Assembly (NCBI RefSeq): GCF_006345805.1 | Contig: NC_043000.1 | Location: forward strand, 126,914,001-126,978,000 | Direction: 5' to 3' | Length of the DNA stretch: 64,000 nucleotides | Source of the DNA: Octopus sinensis | Taxonomy: Eukaryota | Shown: piece after piece, positions 1 to 13,789 of the stretch | Position numbering within the stretch: position 1 is the stretch's first letter | How the letters are laid out: the number at the start of each line of letters is the position of its first letter | Made by a program: the position numbers and the translations under genes | Notes under the pieces: generated by a model | Seen by the model: the letters and a program-made list of their open reading frames with translations, nothing else | Told to the model about the DNA's origin: nothing | Database searches by the model: none

Positions 1-331
1 ACGCTGGAAATAGCAGTCAAAACTTGACTCTAAAGCCACATTAAATGTTCATACAGCACCAGGAGAGAAGACAAAGAGACAAAATAAACTAGCAAAAAAA
101 ATTTACACTGGGTGTTTTTTACATAGCACCACCACGGGTGCTTTTTACATGGATCTAGTATGGGTGCTTTTTTTATGTGACACCAGCACAGGTGCTTTTT
201 ACATAGAACCAGCACCAGTGGGGTCACCAAGCACCTTGCAAGACAAAGACTGCTCAGGTTACATTAATTTATTTTAGAAAAATGGAATCTACAATCAACA
301 ATTAAATTTCCTGGAATGAAAGATAACATAC

Positions 332-619
332 CTCATTTTCTTTCAGTTTCTCTGGTATTCCATTTTTAGGAGGCACAGTAAAGAGATACTGCTCCATTGT
401 ATCCAACCAATGTGATATAGTCCACAAAGCTTGCTGTTCTTTCTTCTGCAGCTTTTGGTTGGTTGTCACTGACATCTGGTCTTCTGCTGGAAGTTGTTTA
501 ATCTTCTTCCAACATCCATTCAAATCAGACAAGCATTGTTTGATATGATGTGACTGAAAGGTTGGTTTCTTATCCACAGTAGTTCCAACATTGTACATAT
601 ACTGTGCTGAGGAGAAATG
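332..619 (-). CDS. Internal coding exon 11; gene continues beyond window start
   Basis: aaacag acceptor (an alternative in-frame acceptor would start the exon at 601), GAG/gtatgt donor, 288 nt. Reads ...CLSDLNGCWKKIKQL...LWTISHWLDTMEQYL...KLKENE. Confidence 0.82.
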
Positions 620-2670
620 CTGTTTGTGGAATAGAAAATAAAACCAAACGGACAAAATTAGGATGAGAATAAATGGATTTATGATTCATGAATGAAATAA
701 ATAAAGTAAGATGGGAGGTAGCAGAAATGATTAGCTTTATGAAAATCCTTCAAATAAGGATTGGCTGTGTGGTTTCTGGTTCAGTCCCACTGCGTGGGTA
801 GGTTTCTTCTTCTACAACCCCAGGACATCTGACATGTGACCCTGTGAGTGAATTTTGTAGACAAAAATTTTGTGTTTGATCCTACTGCATTGCTTGACAA
901 CTGGTGTTGGTTTGTTTATGTTACTATAATTTAGCAGTTGGCAAAAAAGACCAAACAAAGTTAAAATGTAAGTATTGAGGGCAATTTGTTCAGCTAAACA
1001 CTTTAAGGCAGTGCCCCAGCATGGTCACAGTGCAATGACTAAAACAAGTAAAAGGTAAAAGATAATATATGCTTTATTTATTTATTGTTTTATTATAATG
1101 TTGCTACTGTATATGGAAATGAATTCACAGAGTCATTAAAGTGTTGGATGGAATGCCGGTTGTTCTGACACTCTGGGTTCAAATCCTGCTGTGGTCAACT
1201 TTACCTTTTATCCTTTCAGGGTAGATAAATCAGTAGCAGTCTAGTGGGGTGGATTAGTGGGACTGTAAGAATGTCAGACTGGATGCTTCCTAGTATTTTT
1301 TTTCTGGCTCTTGGCAGTCTGAGTTCAATTCTGCCAAGGTATCTAAAAAGCACATTTATCAACCTGCAGGCCCAGTGTGGTGATGTATGACAAATCCTCA
1401 AAACAAATACTTGCACCAAATGGATGATGTTGGGAGGAGTGAAGAGAGAAGAGTCCCTCCCGCTGGATGGACATGTACCCTGGTGAGTGAATGAATGAAT
1501 GAATGAATGCTACATAGCCAAGTGGTTAAGGTGTCACACACATGATCACAAGATCATGGTTTCGATTCCTGGACCTGGTGGTGCATGGTAACCTTATGCA
1601 AAACATTTCACTCCACATTGCTCTGTAATTGCCTTGACATCTGATATGTGGCACACCATGCACCTGTACAGGCAGTGGCAATTTAATGGAGATGGTGAGC
1701 TCATGAACAACACAAACATTTGGTCACTATAAAGAAATCATCTATGAAGGTTGTTTAGCAAGAAATTGCAGAGCCCTCATTTGTTGTTTCCCATGCGGGT
1801 GGCACATAAAAAGCACCATCCAAACATGGCCGATGCCAGTGCCACCTTGACTGGCTTCCGTGCTGGTGGTACGTAAAAAGCACCAACCAATCGTAGCCAT
1901 TGCCAGCCTCCTCTGGCCCCTGTGCCAGTGGCACGTAAAAAGCACCCACTACACTCATGAAGTGGTTGGCATTAGGAAGGGCATCCAGCTGTAGAAACAC
2001 TGCCAGATCAGACTGGAGCCTGGTGCAGCCTCCTGGCTTCCCAGACCCCGGTCGAACCGTCCAACTCATGCTAGCATGGAAAACGGACGTTAAACGATGA
2101 TAATGATGACAGCAGAATCTATCACTGTGCTGCAAGTATTTAATGTCAATGTCAATTACATTCATTTAAGGTGTAGGTATAGCAGTGTCATTAAGGGGGC
2201 TTACTTTGCAACTATGTGCTTCCATTGTACTGCACATTGGTCAAGAGTCTTCTATGATAGAACCACACTGACCAATGTCTAGTGAGAGTATTTAGTTGAC
2301 AGAAACTTTGCAGAATACCACATTATGTAAGTATGTGTAAATATGCATGTGTGTATGTATATATGTATGTGACTATCTATCTATCTATCTATCTATATAT
2401 ATATCGGTAGCGAGCTGGCAGAAATGTTAGCACACCGGGTGAAATGCATAGCCGTATCTCGTCTGTTGTTACGTTCCGAGTTCAAATTCCGCCGAGGTCG
2501 ACTTTGCCTTTCATCCTTTTGGGGTCGATAAATTAAGTACCAGTTACGCACTGGGGTCGATATAATCAACTTAATCTCTTTGTCTGTCCTTGTTTGTCCC
2601 CTCTGTGTTTAGCCCCTTGTGGGTAGTAAAGAAATATACCTATATATATCTGTCTATCTATCTATCTTAA

Positions 2671-2783
<113 letters not shown>

Positions 2784-4468
2784 ATATTATCAGGGAATAT
2801 GATTCTAAACTTACAGGGAAAAATTCAATTTAGTAATACTAAATCAAATTTCACACTATATAATACATGTATATAAATTATTAAGAATATCATTGCTAAA
2901 TTGCCACATGGTAGTTCTTCTCTAATTTATATACATGTATTTTATATATATATATACATACATGATGGCTGTCCACTGGTGACTGAGAAAGACTATCACT
3001 GACCATTAAGAAAAATGTGCCCCAGTCAAATTTATACTTTACACTTGTGGCCCTGCTGCCAACTGATAAGCTCCAACCATTGATAAACACCTACATCCAC
3101 AGATATTGCAGTCAAAGCTTCCCCCATTCACTACACAAGTAATGATGCGTTTCTGAACAGCTCTCTTAAACTCTGCATAAAATGTGTATGCTTTCTTCAA
3201 AATCGCCCACCCCATCTTTTAGTTGTTATAGACGTAGTAATAGTTTACAAATTCCTCACAACAAAGAAATATCTAAAAAGGCTTGTCAGACTGCCTCATG
3301 GACCCAACAGACAAAATGAAAAGGATGGCGAGGGGAATGTGCTGGCACAGCCACTATGACTGTGCCAGTCACTATGACTCACGGGGCTCACAGTTGCAGA
3401 TAGCCATTCATTGGTGGCAACAACAAGCACTGCTTTCCAAAATGACCTCCCACATTTCACATGCTCTCAACGAGGACTTCACACAATCCTTAAATTGTAG
3501 TCTTGGTTTCTGCTGGGTTGCTTTTCACAAACAATTTCCATCATATAGCATACGCACATATACATACATGTTTGTGTGTGTGTATGTGTGTGCATCTTTG
3601 TCTCTGACCAACTGACAACTGGTGTTGGTTTGTTACTGTCCAGTTCAAAGAAAAACAAAGAGGCCAATAGAATAAATACCAGACATAAAATAATAATAAT
3701 TAGCATTGATTTGATTGGCTAAGCTCTTTAAATCAATGCTCCAGCATGGCCACACTCCGAAGAATATTCAAGTTTTACAATGATACAAATCTATCAAAGA
3801 TAACTTAAAAATTGTTCACAAAATAAATGGAGATGTGTTAAATATGAAAGATATGACATTATCACCACTGCCACCAAAACCACCACCACTATTATCATCA
3901 TCATTGTTTTAATGCTAACATGGAGCAGACATTATGTATGTATGTGTGCATGTGTGTGTGTGTGTGTGTGTGTATACACACTCATACATACACTTAAAAT
4001 GATTTTTTCCCGTCCCTTGAAGTTATGTTGTATTATTATATGATTACATTACAGAGAAGTTTCTCTTTTCAACATCCATACTTTATGATTAGTTGAAAAT
4101 AGTTTACACTTGTTATTTGAAATGTCTTCTTCAGCCTCATACACAAAATGTAAAACTATTTTTTATCTTCTAGCACTTCCTAACATCAGACAAATAAAGG
4201 CCTGTTGGGAATTAATTGTTCTTAGTATGAGCAATGAGGCAACAAGTAAATCCCCAAACAAATTCTTTGATGACGTGACTGTAATAATGAATAATGTTCT
4301 CATTTATATGACTGACTTGGTATATTTTCTGTAAACTAGATACAGGCGTGGCTATGTGGTAAAGAACCATGTGGTCTTGGGTTCAGCACCTTGAGTAAGT
4401 GCCTTCTACTATAGCTCTGGGCTGACTAAAACCTTGTGAGTTGATTTGGTAGACAGAAACTGAATGAA

Positions 4469-4701
4469 GGCGGCGAGCTGGCAGAAACGTTAGAACGCCA
4501 GGTGAAATGCTTAGCAGTATTTCGTCTGCTGTTATGTCCTGAGTTCAAATTCTGCTGAGATCGACTTTGCCTTTCATCCTTTCAGGGTCGATAAATTAAG
4601 CACCAGTTACGTACTGGGGTCGATGTAATCGATTTAATCTTTTTGTCTGTCCTTGTTTGTCTCCACTATGTTTAGCCCCTTGTGGGCAATAAAGAAATAA
4701 A
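4469..4701 (+). mobile_element. tRNA-derived SINE family B. Other copies: 2405-2636, 9959-10175, 26867-27070, 45970-46150(-), 55540-55760(-)
   Basis: GGCGGCGAGCTGGCAGAAACGTTAG...GAGTTCAAATTC (B box)...CTTTGCCTTTCATCC. This copy has target duplication AAACTGAATGAA at 4457-4468 and 4702-4713. Confidence 0.82.
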
Positions 4702-5032
4702 AAACTGAATGAAGCCTGTTGTATACATACAGACATACACACACACACCATCATCATCAACATTTAACATCTGGTTTCCATATTGACAGGAACTGGCAAG
4801 GCCAGAGGTCACATCAGGTCCCACAATCTGCGTTGGTTTGGTTTCTATGACTGGGTGCCCTTCTTAATGCCAACCACTTTACAGAGTGTACTGGGTGCTT
4901 TTTATGTGGCACCATTACCAGTGCTTTTTATGTGGAATCAGCACCAGTGCTTGTTATGTGGTGCCAGCACCCACACCAATGCTTTTTTTTCACCAATGCC
5001 ACCAATGCTACCTTTGTTTATATACATATACA

Positions 5033-5200
5033 CAAGGTGGTACTGAAAAGTTCCTGGCTTTAAGAGCATTGCAAAAGGCCTGGTTGGAGGCCCAACCTTC
5101 CAAGTTATTTTACAAAGCCTACAAAAACTGAAGGACCACTGCAATAAGTATGTGAGCCTGAGAGGGGAACACGTTGAATAAAATCATAATTAACTGATCA
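5033..5200 (+). mobile_element. Mariner-derived short element
   Basis: Starts GGTGGTACTGAAAAGTTCCTGGCTT and encodes QKLKDHCNKYVSLRGEHVE*, resembling a mariner transposase C-terminus. Confidence 0.5.
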
Positions 5201-5661
5201 CTACCATGCATAAAAAAAATAAAGTACTGTGTTGACTTATTTGATTAAATCTTTCAAGGCAGTGCCCCAGCATGGCCGTAGTCCAATGACTGAAACAAGT
5301 GAAAGGTAAAAGATAAACTAAAGATGACCCAACAGAGGAAGCCACTATGTAGTTACTCAATCTACTTGAGATAGTAGCCAAACCTCTCTCACAATTTACC
5401 ATATAAGCTTAAACTAGAATAAGCTGCAATGTATAATGAAATCTGAACTATACTACACTTAAAAACAAGGTATGAGGGCCATGGTAAGAATGCCTTTCAT
5501 TATAGTTTGAAGCAACAACAATAACAAGAAAAATACAATAACTAGAGTAAAGAGTTCATAAATATTTGTTACACAAGTTTTCAGTGATTGGTTCATTTGA
5601 TTAGAAACAGAAAATTTCGTGATCTGAAAGCAATCAATCAACTTGCAGCTAAACTACTTAC

Positions 5662-5865
5662 CAGCCCCAATGGTTTCATTTGCACGCGATCCATAAGTTG
5701 CTGCTTTGCCACAAAAGTACAGGCATGCAGACGGCGCCAATCACTTTCGTTACTAGCACTGTCGCCAGGAGATCTTCCTTCTAGTTTAACTGAAGGATGA
5801 TGAATTGTCTGGCTGGAAATATACTGAACCAGTTTGCGATGTTCGCTGAAGTCGTGGTGGAGCTT
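5662..5865 (-). CDS. Internal coding exon 10
   Basis: ttccag acceptor, CTG/gtaagt donor, 204 nt, phase 0. Reads KLHHDFSEHRKLVQYISSQ...SDWRRLHACTFVAKQQL...PLGL. Confidence 0.85.
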
Positions 5866-6008
5866 CTGGAAGTATTTGGAAGTGAGATATGACATGAATT
5901 TAATAAAAATCTAATTAGCTGTGACATAAATGATAGAGAAACCAAAAGAGAAATATTAATAAAATTATGAATATCTAAAAATGAAATAAAGAAGAATTTA
6001 AATAAATG

Positions 6009-6091
<83 letters not shown>

Positions 6092-6216
6092 CATACATAC
6101 GTGTGTATGTGTGTATTTATATACATTATATACACACACATGTATATATACATGTAGAGGTAGGTACGTACATATATGTATATATACATATGTTTTATTT
6201 ATTAATTTGTTATATA

Positions 6217-6251
<35 letters not shown>

Positions 6252-6697
6252 TCAAATATATATAGATAATTACATACATATTTAATAACGTTATTAGATA
6301 TATCATTTAATAAAATTGAACTTATTAATATTATAGAAGAAAATTACTATAAATTACTTGCTGATAAAATTATTAATCAAGTATATAATTTTAAACCATT
6401 ACAGAGCATCAGTAATGATTAATCTTATACAAGTTGTGTAAAGAGTGTGATCCAATCTGATCATGAACAACATACAGGCTAAAAACCACTGCAGTTCTGG
6501 CAAATTCAGGGATTCACATTCTTAAATAAACTGTCATGTATGTATAAAGTGCAGCCAGCCATCACTGGCAAACAAGTATAACTCGGTAACATACACAATG
6601 CTTTCATTTATTGTTTTTGGTGCCTATGTAGTCATGAGCAGGCACAGACATTTGTTGGTCTTCCTGACCCAGTGGAGCATCCACAATGTGATAGTTG

Positions 6698-6737
<40 letters not shown>

Positions 6738-6927
6738 GGCTGCACTGGCTGAGTAGTTTGGAATAACATGAAATAAAGTGTCTTGCTGAAGGTCACAATT
6801 TACTGCTCAGTCCAGGAATTGAACCAAGAACATTATGATCATGAGCTGCACATGCTAACCACTAGGACACTCCTTGGCTTTGCTATCATCTCTCTGATTT
6901 CAGTGAAGTATGTCCCTGACATATATA

Positions 6928-7190
6928 GGCGTAGGAGTGGCTGTGTTGTCAGTAGCTTGCTTACCAACCACATGGTTACGGGTTCAGTCCCACTGCGTGG
7001 CACCTTGGGCAAGTGTCTTCTACTATAGCCCTGGGCCGACCAAAGCCTTGTGAGTGGATTTGGTAGACAGAAACTGAAAAAAGCCCATCGTATATATGTT
7101 TGTGTTTCTGTGTTTGTCCCCCCACCATCACATGACAACTGATGCTGGTGTGTTTATGTCCCCGTAACTTAGCGGTTCGGCAAAAGAGAC
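6928..7190 (+). mobile_element. tRNA-derived SINE family A. Other copies: ~760-1060, 4344-4720, 10270-10642, 27580-27990(-), 29057-29200, 32714-33590 (interrupted), 51536-51960, 55119-55525(-)
   Basis: Head GGCGTAGGAGTGGCTGTG...GGTTCAGTCCC carries A/B-box-like motifs; the body ACCTTGGGCAAGTGTCTTCTACTATAG... recurs many times. Confidence 0.8.
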
Positions 7191-7596
7191 TGTTGCCAAC
7201 CCTTGCCTGTTTCTAAGCAAGGTGATATTTCCCATGGAAAGACTGGAAATGTGGGACATTACTTGAATGATAGTGATGCTCATTTAAATCAACCATATAA
7301 AGTCAATGTGAGTGGACACAAACATTCAGACACACATACACACACATATAAAATAGACTTCTTCCAGTTTCTGTCAACCTCATCTTCTCACAAAGCTTCG
7401 GTTGACCCGAGGTTATAGTAAAAGCCATTTGCTCTAGGTGCCATGCAATAGAACTGAACTCAAAGTCATGGGGCTGGGAGGCAAATTTCTTAACTACACA
7501 ACCATGAAACCATTAATTTAAAGTTGGATGATTTTTGCAAGCTAAAATGGCAACAAGATTAAAAAGACACAACAAAATATCCTAATATATTCTCAC

Positions 7597-7932
7597 CTCT
7601 TGTTGATGTTGTTGTTCTAGAACCATCACTTTATCTTCTGATTGCAGAGCTATACTGTCAGAAGGAACAAACCAGTTTTCTAAAACCAATTCTTCAGATT
7701 CTAAATCAGATGGAATATTCTGCTTCCGTTCAGCTTCTTTCAAAGCTTGCTTCAAGTGATTTTGTTGTTCCAACACATTTAACTTCAAAATGGCTAACAT
7801 GTTCTGAAGTTTCACCAAATCAGAACGCATCTCCTCGGCTGATTTATGATTTTCAAATTCACAGACTCGATCACATTGTAAAGCCATGTCAGATAATTCC
7901 TGCAGTTTTTGCTGGATTTTACCTTGCAGCTT
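7597..7932 (-). CDS. Internal coding exon 9, spectrin repeat
   Basis: tttag acceptor, GAG/gtgaga donor, 336 nt, phase 0. Reads KLQGKIQQKLQELSDMALQCDRV...LENWFV...EQQHQQE. Confidence 0.88.
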
Positions 7933-8478
7933 CTAAACAAATAAAAAGGAAATCGAAAACAAAAGATTTTTTAATATCCTCATTATTTCTGACATATTTA
8001 ATAATAATAATGATTTATTTTAGTGTTTTATCAAATGATATAAAGTCAAGTTATATCTAACTGATAATTGTGAGCGAGTGAGTGAGTGAATGAGTGAGTG
8101 TGCGTGTGTGTTTATGTGCAGGTCTGTATGTGCGTGTTTGTATTTGAGTATTTGTCTGTATATGTATGTGTATAAACAAATGGCACATTCCAATAAATAA
8201 TGTGATGATTGATAATTTGTTCTGCACCTGGATGCACCATATTAAATACATACATACATACACAGGCACACATATATAGATATATATATAAATATGTGTA
8301 CATATGTATATATACACATGTGTGTGTGTGTGGATGTAGATATATATGTATGTGTATATAAATGTATATGTATATATGTATACATATATATTTATATACA
8401 CATACATATATATCTACATCCATACACACACACGTTTATATATACATATCTACGTGTATACATATATATGCATGTGTG

Positions 8479-8515
<37 letters not shown>

Positions 8516-8547
8516 ATAGAATTAATGCAGTATGCATAAATGTGTGC

Positions 8548-8594
<47 letters not shown>

Positions 8595-9672
8595 AATATA
8601 TGATGTTTAATGCATGATTATGCATGTATGAGTTTTTACAAATGTATATGTATGCTCGAATGAGTGGTGAAATATAAACAAATGAGCTTATACATTAATA
8701 TTTTAAAATATTTATTCCTATACATAGATAGACACATGCGTATATGTATATACATACATACATATATACATATATATACATAATTATATATATATTTATA
8801 TCCACTTATCTATCTCTGTATATAAAGAACTGCATTAGGGAGGTGATGGGTGGTGGTGAGTGCCTTGAGTTGGAACAAAAATGGGCAGAGCGAGCTGTGG
8901 ATGTATACCGCTGTCGCCATAGCTGCCGCCACTACCACCACCATCATCATCATCATCATGATAATCGTTTAGCGTCTGCATTCCCTGCTGGCATAGGTTA
9001 GATGGTTTGACTGGAACTGGATGCCCTTCCTAATGCCAATCAGTCCAAGAGTGTAATGGGTGGTTTCTATGTGCCACTGGCATTAGCCACATCTAGAATT
9101 CCACTTGGCTTGACGAGTCTTATATGGGTCTACCTCTTATACACGTTTCCTCCACAATTGGAGATTGGTACTTCTTTACACAGCTGAGCTCGCCCATACG
9201 CATTATATACATGTATAATGTAGGCATTATAAGTGACATTAGAGGTAACAAATAATAAAATAAATGTGCCCTTTTAAAGCCTAGCCAGGCTCATGGGCCT
9301 GGTTTCCCAGTTTCTATCGCGTATGTGTTCCTGAGCTGGACAGGATGCCAGTCCATTGCAGTGTTACTCATTTTTGCCAGCTGAGTGGACTGGAGCAACG
9401 TGAAATGAAGTGTTTTGCTCAAGAACGTAACATGTCGCCCGGTCCAGGAATTGAAACTACAATCTTACGATCATGATGCTGACACCCTAACCACTAAGCC
9501 ACCAGCCTCCACCATTAGAAGTAATAAGCAAGCTAAAACAAAGACAGTAATGTTACAATTCAAGTAAATTAGATTTAATCTATATGTACGTATGTATGCA
9601 AACATGAGTTTGCTTGTGTGTGAATATGTGAGTATGTGTGTACAGAAGGAGCAAAATCAAAATATCACTGAC

Positions 9673-9846
9673 TTTATTTTCTTCCAGTTTTGCAGTAAGA
9701 GATTCCATGGAAGAATCTTGTTCATTTTGAGAAATTGAATTTCCAAAGTTGTTCTTTGTTTCAGATAGCCAACGTTCCATATCGCGGAATCTCTTCAGAT
9801 AGGCTTCGAGTTCTTGAATGTGTATCTTTTTACTGGCAGATATTTC
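9673..9846 (-). CDS. Internal coding exon 8, spectrin helix A
   Basis: ttttag acceptor, AAA/gtcagt donor, 174 nt, phase 0. Reads EISASKKIHIQELEAYLKRFRDMERWLSETK...LEENK. Confidence 0.87.
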
Positions 9847-11010
9847 CTAAAAGCAATTACCAAGAATTAATTAGCCATTGAAAATGCAAAAGAACACCAA
9901 CAACCACAACAATAACAACAACAACAAAACAATGTTTTCATTATTGTTGAAACAATAAAGGCGGCAAGCTGGCAGAATCGTTAACATGCCAAGCGAAATA
10001 CTTAGCAGTATTTCATCTGCCAATACGTTCTGAGTTCAAATTCTGCCAAGATTGACTTTGCCTTTCATCCTTTTGAGGTTGATTAAATAAGTACCAGTTA
10101 CACACTGAGGTCAATGTAATAGACTTAATCCCTTCCCCCAAACTTGAGGCCTTGTGCTTCCAGTAGAAAGAATTATTAATTTAAATGATACCAAAAGAAG
10201 ATAACAGATATGTAGGTCAAATTCTTGTCAGTACTAAAATAAGTGAATTGCAAAAGGTCACACATGGGGGGGGAGTGGCTGTGTGGTAAGTAGCTTGCTT
10301 ACCAACCACATGGTTCCAGGTTCAGTCCCACTATGTGGCACCTTGGGCAAGTGTCTTCTACTATAGCTTCGGGCTGACCAAAGCCTTGTCAGTGGATTTG
10401 GTAGAAGGAAACTGAAAGAAGCCCGTTGTATATATGTATGTGTGTGTCTGTGTTTGTCCCCTCAACATCGCTTGACAACCGATGCTGGTGTGTTTATGTT
10501 CCCCTAACTTAGCGGTTCGGCAAAAAGAGACTGATAGAGTAAGTACTAGGCTTACAAAGAATAAGTCCTGGGGTTGAATTGCTTGACTAAAGGTGGTGCT
10601 CCAGCATGGCTACAGTCAAATGACTGAAACAAGTAAAAGAGTATGGACGCCACACATAGTAGATGTAACTTCTTCACCATGTAAGTGCAGTCTTATTCAT
10701 CTAATGCTACTATAAATTTTATAAAAATGTTAGCATCTTTAGATGCAAAATCCTATTGTCAATTGATGTCTCTGCTCTGGTTCAGACATAGATGCAGCTT
10801 GTATAAATGAAAGCACAGCCATTCCTACCATAGGCACAAGACATGAAATATTGGGGAATGGGGAGAGTTGATTACATCAACTGCAGTACTCAACTGGTAC
10901 TTATTTCATCAAAGGAGGAAAAGTAGAGTCAACCTTGGTGGAATTTGAACTCAGAATGTAAAGAGAGACAAAATGCCACTTAGCATTTTTTTCTGGCATG
11001 CTAATGCCTT

Positions 11011-11045
<35 letters not shown>

Positions 11046-11679
11046 TAATAATAATAATAATAATTTTGGCACAAAGCTGGAAATTTCTAGGGAGGAGCCT
11101 TAGTAAATTACATCAATTCCAGTACCCAAGGCAAAGTCGACCTCAGCAGAATTTGAACTAACAACAATAACAATAATAATAATAATAACAGTTTCAAATT
11201 TTGCCACAAGGGCAGCAATTTTGGGGGAAGAGGATGAGTCGATTACATGGACCCCAGTGTTTCACTGGTATTTATTTTATCGACCTAGAAAGGATGAAAG
11301 CCAAAGTCGACCTCAGCAGAATTTGAACCAACAACAACAACAAAAATATTAATAACAATACAGAGTAAATGTAACACAAGAGAAGAAAAGAGAAACAAAC
11401 ATTCAGATATTGAGAAAAATAAATGATTTTGACAGGAATAAAATTTGTCAAACAAATGATTACATAAATCATGAAAATTCCAATGTTTTGAGAGAAGTCC
11501 ATCTTTGGAGAAAAAAGAATTTGTATTGACATTAAATAAATAAATGGATTTTACATTAGTTGTTCTTTACTAAAATGAGACATACAGTCCTCTAGTTGCT
11601 TGATCTATAGTTCACATAGTTATTATTTTTTTACCTTTGCTGATAAGGCTCAGCTTACATGGTTATAATAATATGTGAT

Positions 11680-12620
11680 GCGTGTGTTATGTGTTAGTAT
11701 GTGAGTGGATGTGTATGTATAAGAGAGTGTGTGTGTGAATGTGCATGTGAGAGTGTGAGTGTGAAAGAGAGAGTGTGTGTGTGTGTGTATACGTATATGT
11801 GCATGTATATGTGTGGATGCATGTGTGTGAGAATATGGAAACAGCAAAGCTGAATGGCTAATACGTTAGTTTTACAATCCCATGGTTCTGGTCTCAATCC
11901 ACTGTGAGGCATCTTGGGCAATTTTTATTTACCAGGGCCTCAGACCAACCCTAAGCTTTGTGGTTTAGAAGCTCACTTAGCAACCATGTGATTGCAAGTT
12001 CAGTACCGCTGCAAGGTACCTTGAGCAAGGGTCTTCTACAATGGTTCCAGGTTGACCAATGTCTTGTGAATTAATTTATTATAGGGAAACTGTAGGGAAG
12101 CCTCTCATACATATAAATGTGTGTGTGTGTATGAATGTGAGAGTTTATGCATTTGTGGTTATGCACACATGGGTTTATGTATAGTTATGTATTTGTGAGT
12201 GTGTGTGTGGTGTTTGTGTGTGTGTATGTAGTGTTTGTGTGTGTGTATGTGTGTGTGTGTGTGTATGTGTGTGTGTGTGTGTATATGAATGTGAGAGTGT
12301 GTATGCATTTACTTTTGTTTGTATGTGTGTGTGCATGACAGAGTGTGTGAGTGAATGTGAGAGGGTGTGTGTGTTTGTGCATGTGTGTGCTTGTTTGTTG
12401 TGTATATTTTTATTCATGTACATGTGTTTTTGTTTGTGTGTGTGTGAGCATGTGTGTTTATGATAGAGTGTGTGTGTGAACATGAGTGTGTACATATGTG
12501 TTTGTGTGACTGTATGTGTGCGTGTATGTGAGCATGTGAAAATTTGTGTCTGTGCGAGTATGTACATGTATGTATGTGTGTTAGCGTGTGCTTGCAAGCA
12601 TTTGTGTGTGTGTGTGTTCT
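11680..12620. repeat. Degenerate (GT)n-rich low-complexity tract with embedded SINE-A remnants
   Basis: Direct reading. Confidence 0.8.
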
Positions 12621-12966
12621 GAAAATTTTAAAGTTGAAAGTTGTTGGAGAGAAGCACCATTGTTGCAAACATATTAGTTCTATTGACATTATGATTGATG
12701 GGGCTCACAATTTAAAGATATATATATACATAAAAAAAAAGACAATCTATCATTTAAGCTTTGGGGTGCAAATGGCACAACCCTTATATAATGTAACTGA
12801 AACTAAGAAAACTCTCTTAACTCTTTACGGAGATGTACTTGCATAGCAAGTGACCTGATCTGAGATCGTGTGCTGGAACGAAAACAATTGCAGCATGGAA
12901 GGTGTTTATAAGCCATTTAAGAAACACACAAAAACCGTTAGATTCGCTTCAACATTTAAATTTAAT

Positions 12967-13016
12967 TTGTCAAAATATTTTCGGCGCTTTGAGACTGCGA
13001 CCTGTTCACTGACAAA
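12967..13016 (-). ncRNA. Hammerhead-like motif with G3-C8 swapped core
   Basis: Reverse complement reads TTTGTCA GTGAACA GGTCGC-agtctcaaa-GCGCC GAAA ATATTT TGACAAA. 7-bp stem I, palindromic AATATT stem III, UUU triplet. Confidence 0.45.
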
Positions 13017-13684
13017 ATTCTGTGCTGCATCAGAATTCTCTTAACTCTGTATTTTGCATTGTTGTACTTATATATGACTTATACCTGCCAAATATGAGAG
13101 GCTGGGGAGATGCTGACATTACAAATCTATCTTTAACTAAACATTTATTTTCTTTGAGTGGTTACAAAGGTTAGTCCCACTGTGCAGTACCTTGAACGAG
13201 TGTCTTCTACAAAACCCTAGACTAACCAATGTTTTGTGAATGAATTTGGTAGATGGAAACTGTATGGAAACCCATCACACACACACACTAGAGTGGCTAA
13301 CTGGCTTCCGTGCTGGTGGCATGTAAAAAGCACCATTCGAGCTTGATTGTTACCAGCGTCGCCTTACTGACATGTGAAAAAACATTTGAGCGAGGTCGTT
13401 GCCAGTGCCACTGGACTGGCTCCTGTGCAGGTGGCATGTAAAAAACACCATTTGAGCGTGGCCGTTGCCAGTACTGCCTGACTGGCCCTCATGCCAGTGG
13501 CATGTAAAAGCACCCACTACACTCTCGGAGTGGTTGGCGTCAGGAAGGGCATCCAGCTGTAGAAACTCTGCCAGATCTAGACTGGAGCCTGGTGCAGCCA
13601 TCTGGTTTGCCAATCCTCAGTCAAATCGTTCAACCCATGTTAGCATGGTAAGCAGACGTTAAATGATGATGATTATAACGATGA

Positions 13685-13744
<60 letters not shown>

Positions 13745-13789
13745 GATGGATTCTCCTGTCAGTTTTGACGTATGAGGATCTGACAACCT

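Noticed and set aside
2896-3090. 64-aa ORF with an apparent acceptor as a possible extra exon
   Set aside because: No spectrin character, no convincing donor, and the region resembles a decayed DNA-transposon end.
6928-7000. tRNA-like A/B boxes
   Set aside because: SINE heads; no complete cloverleaf could be drawn.
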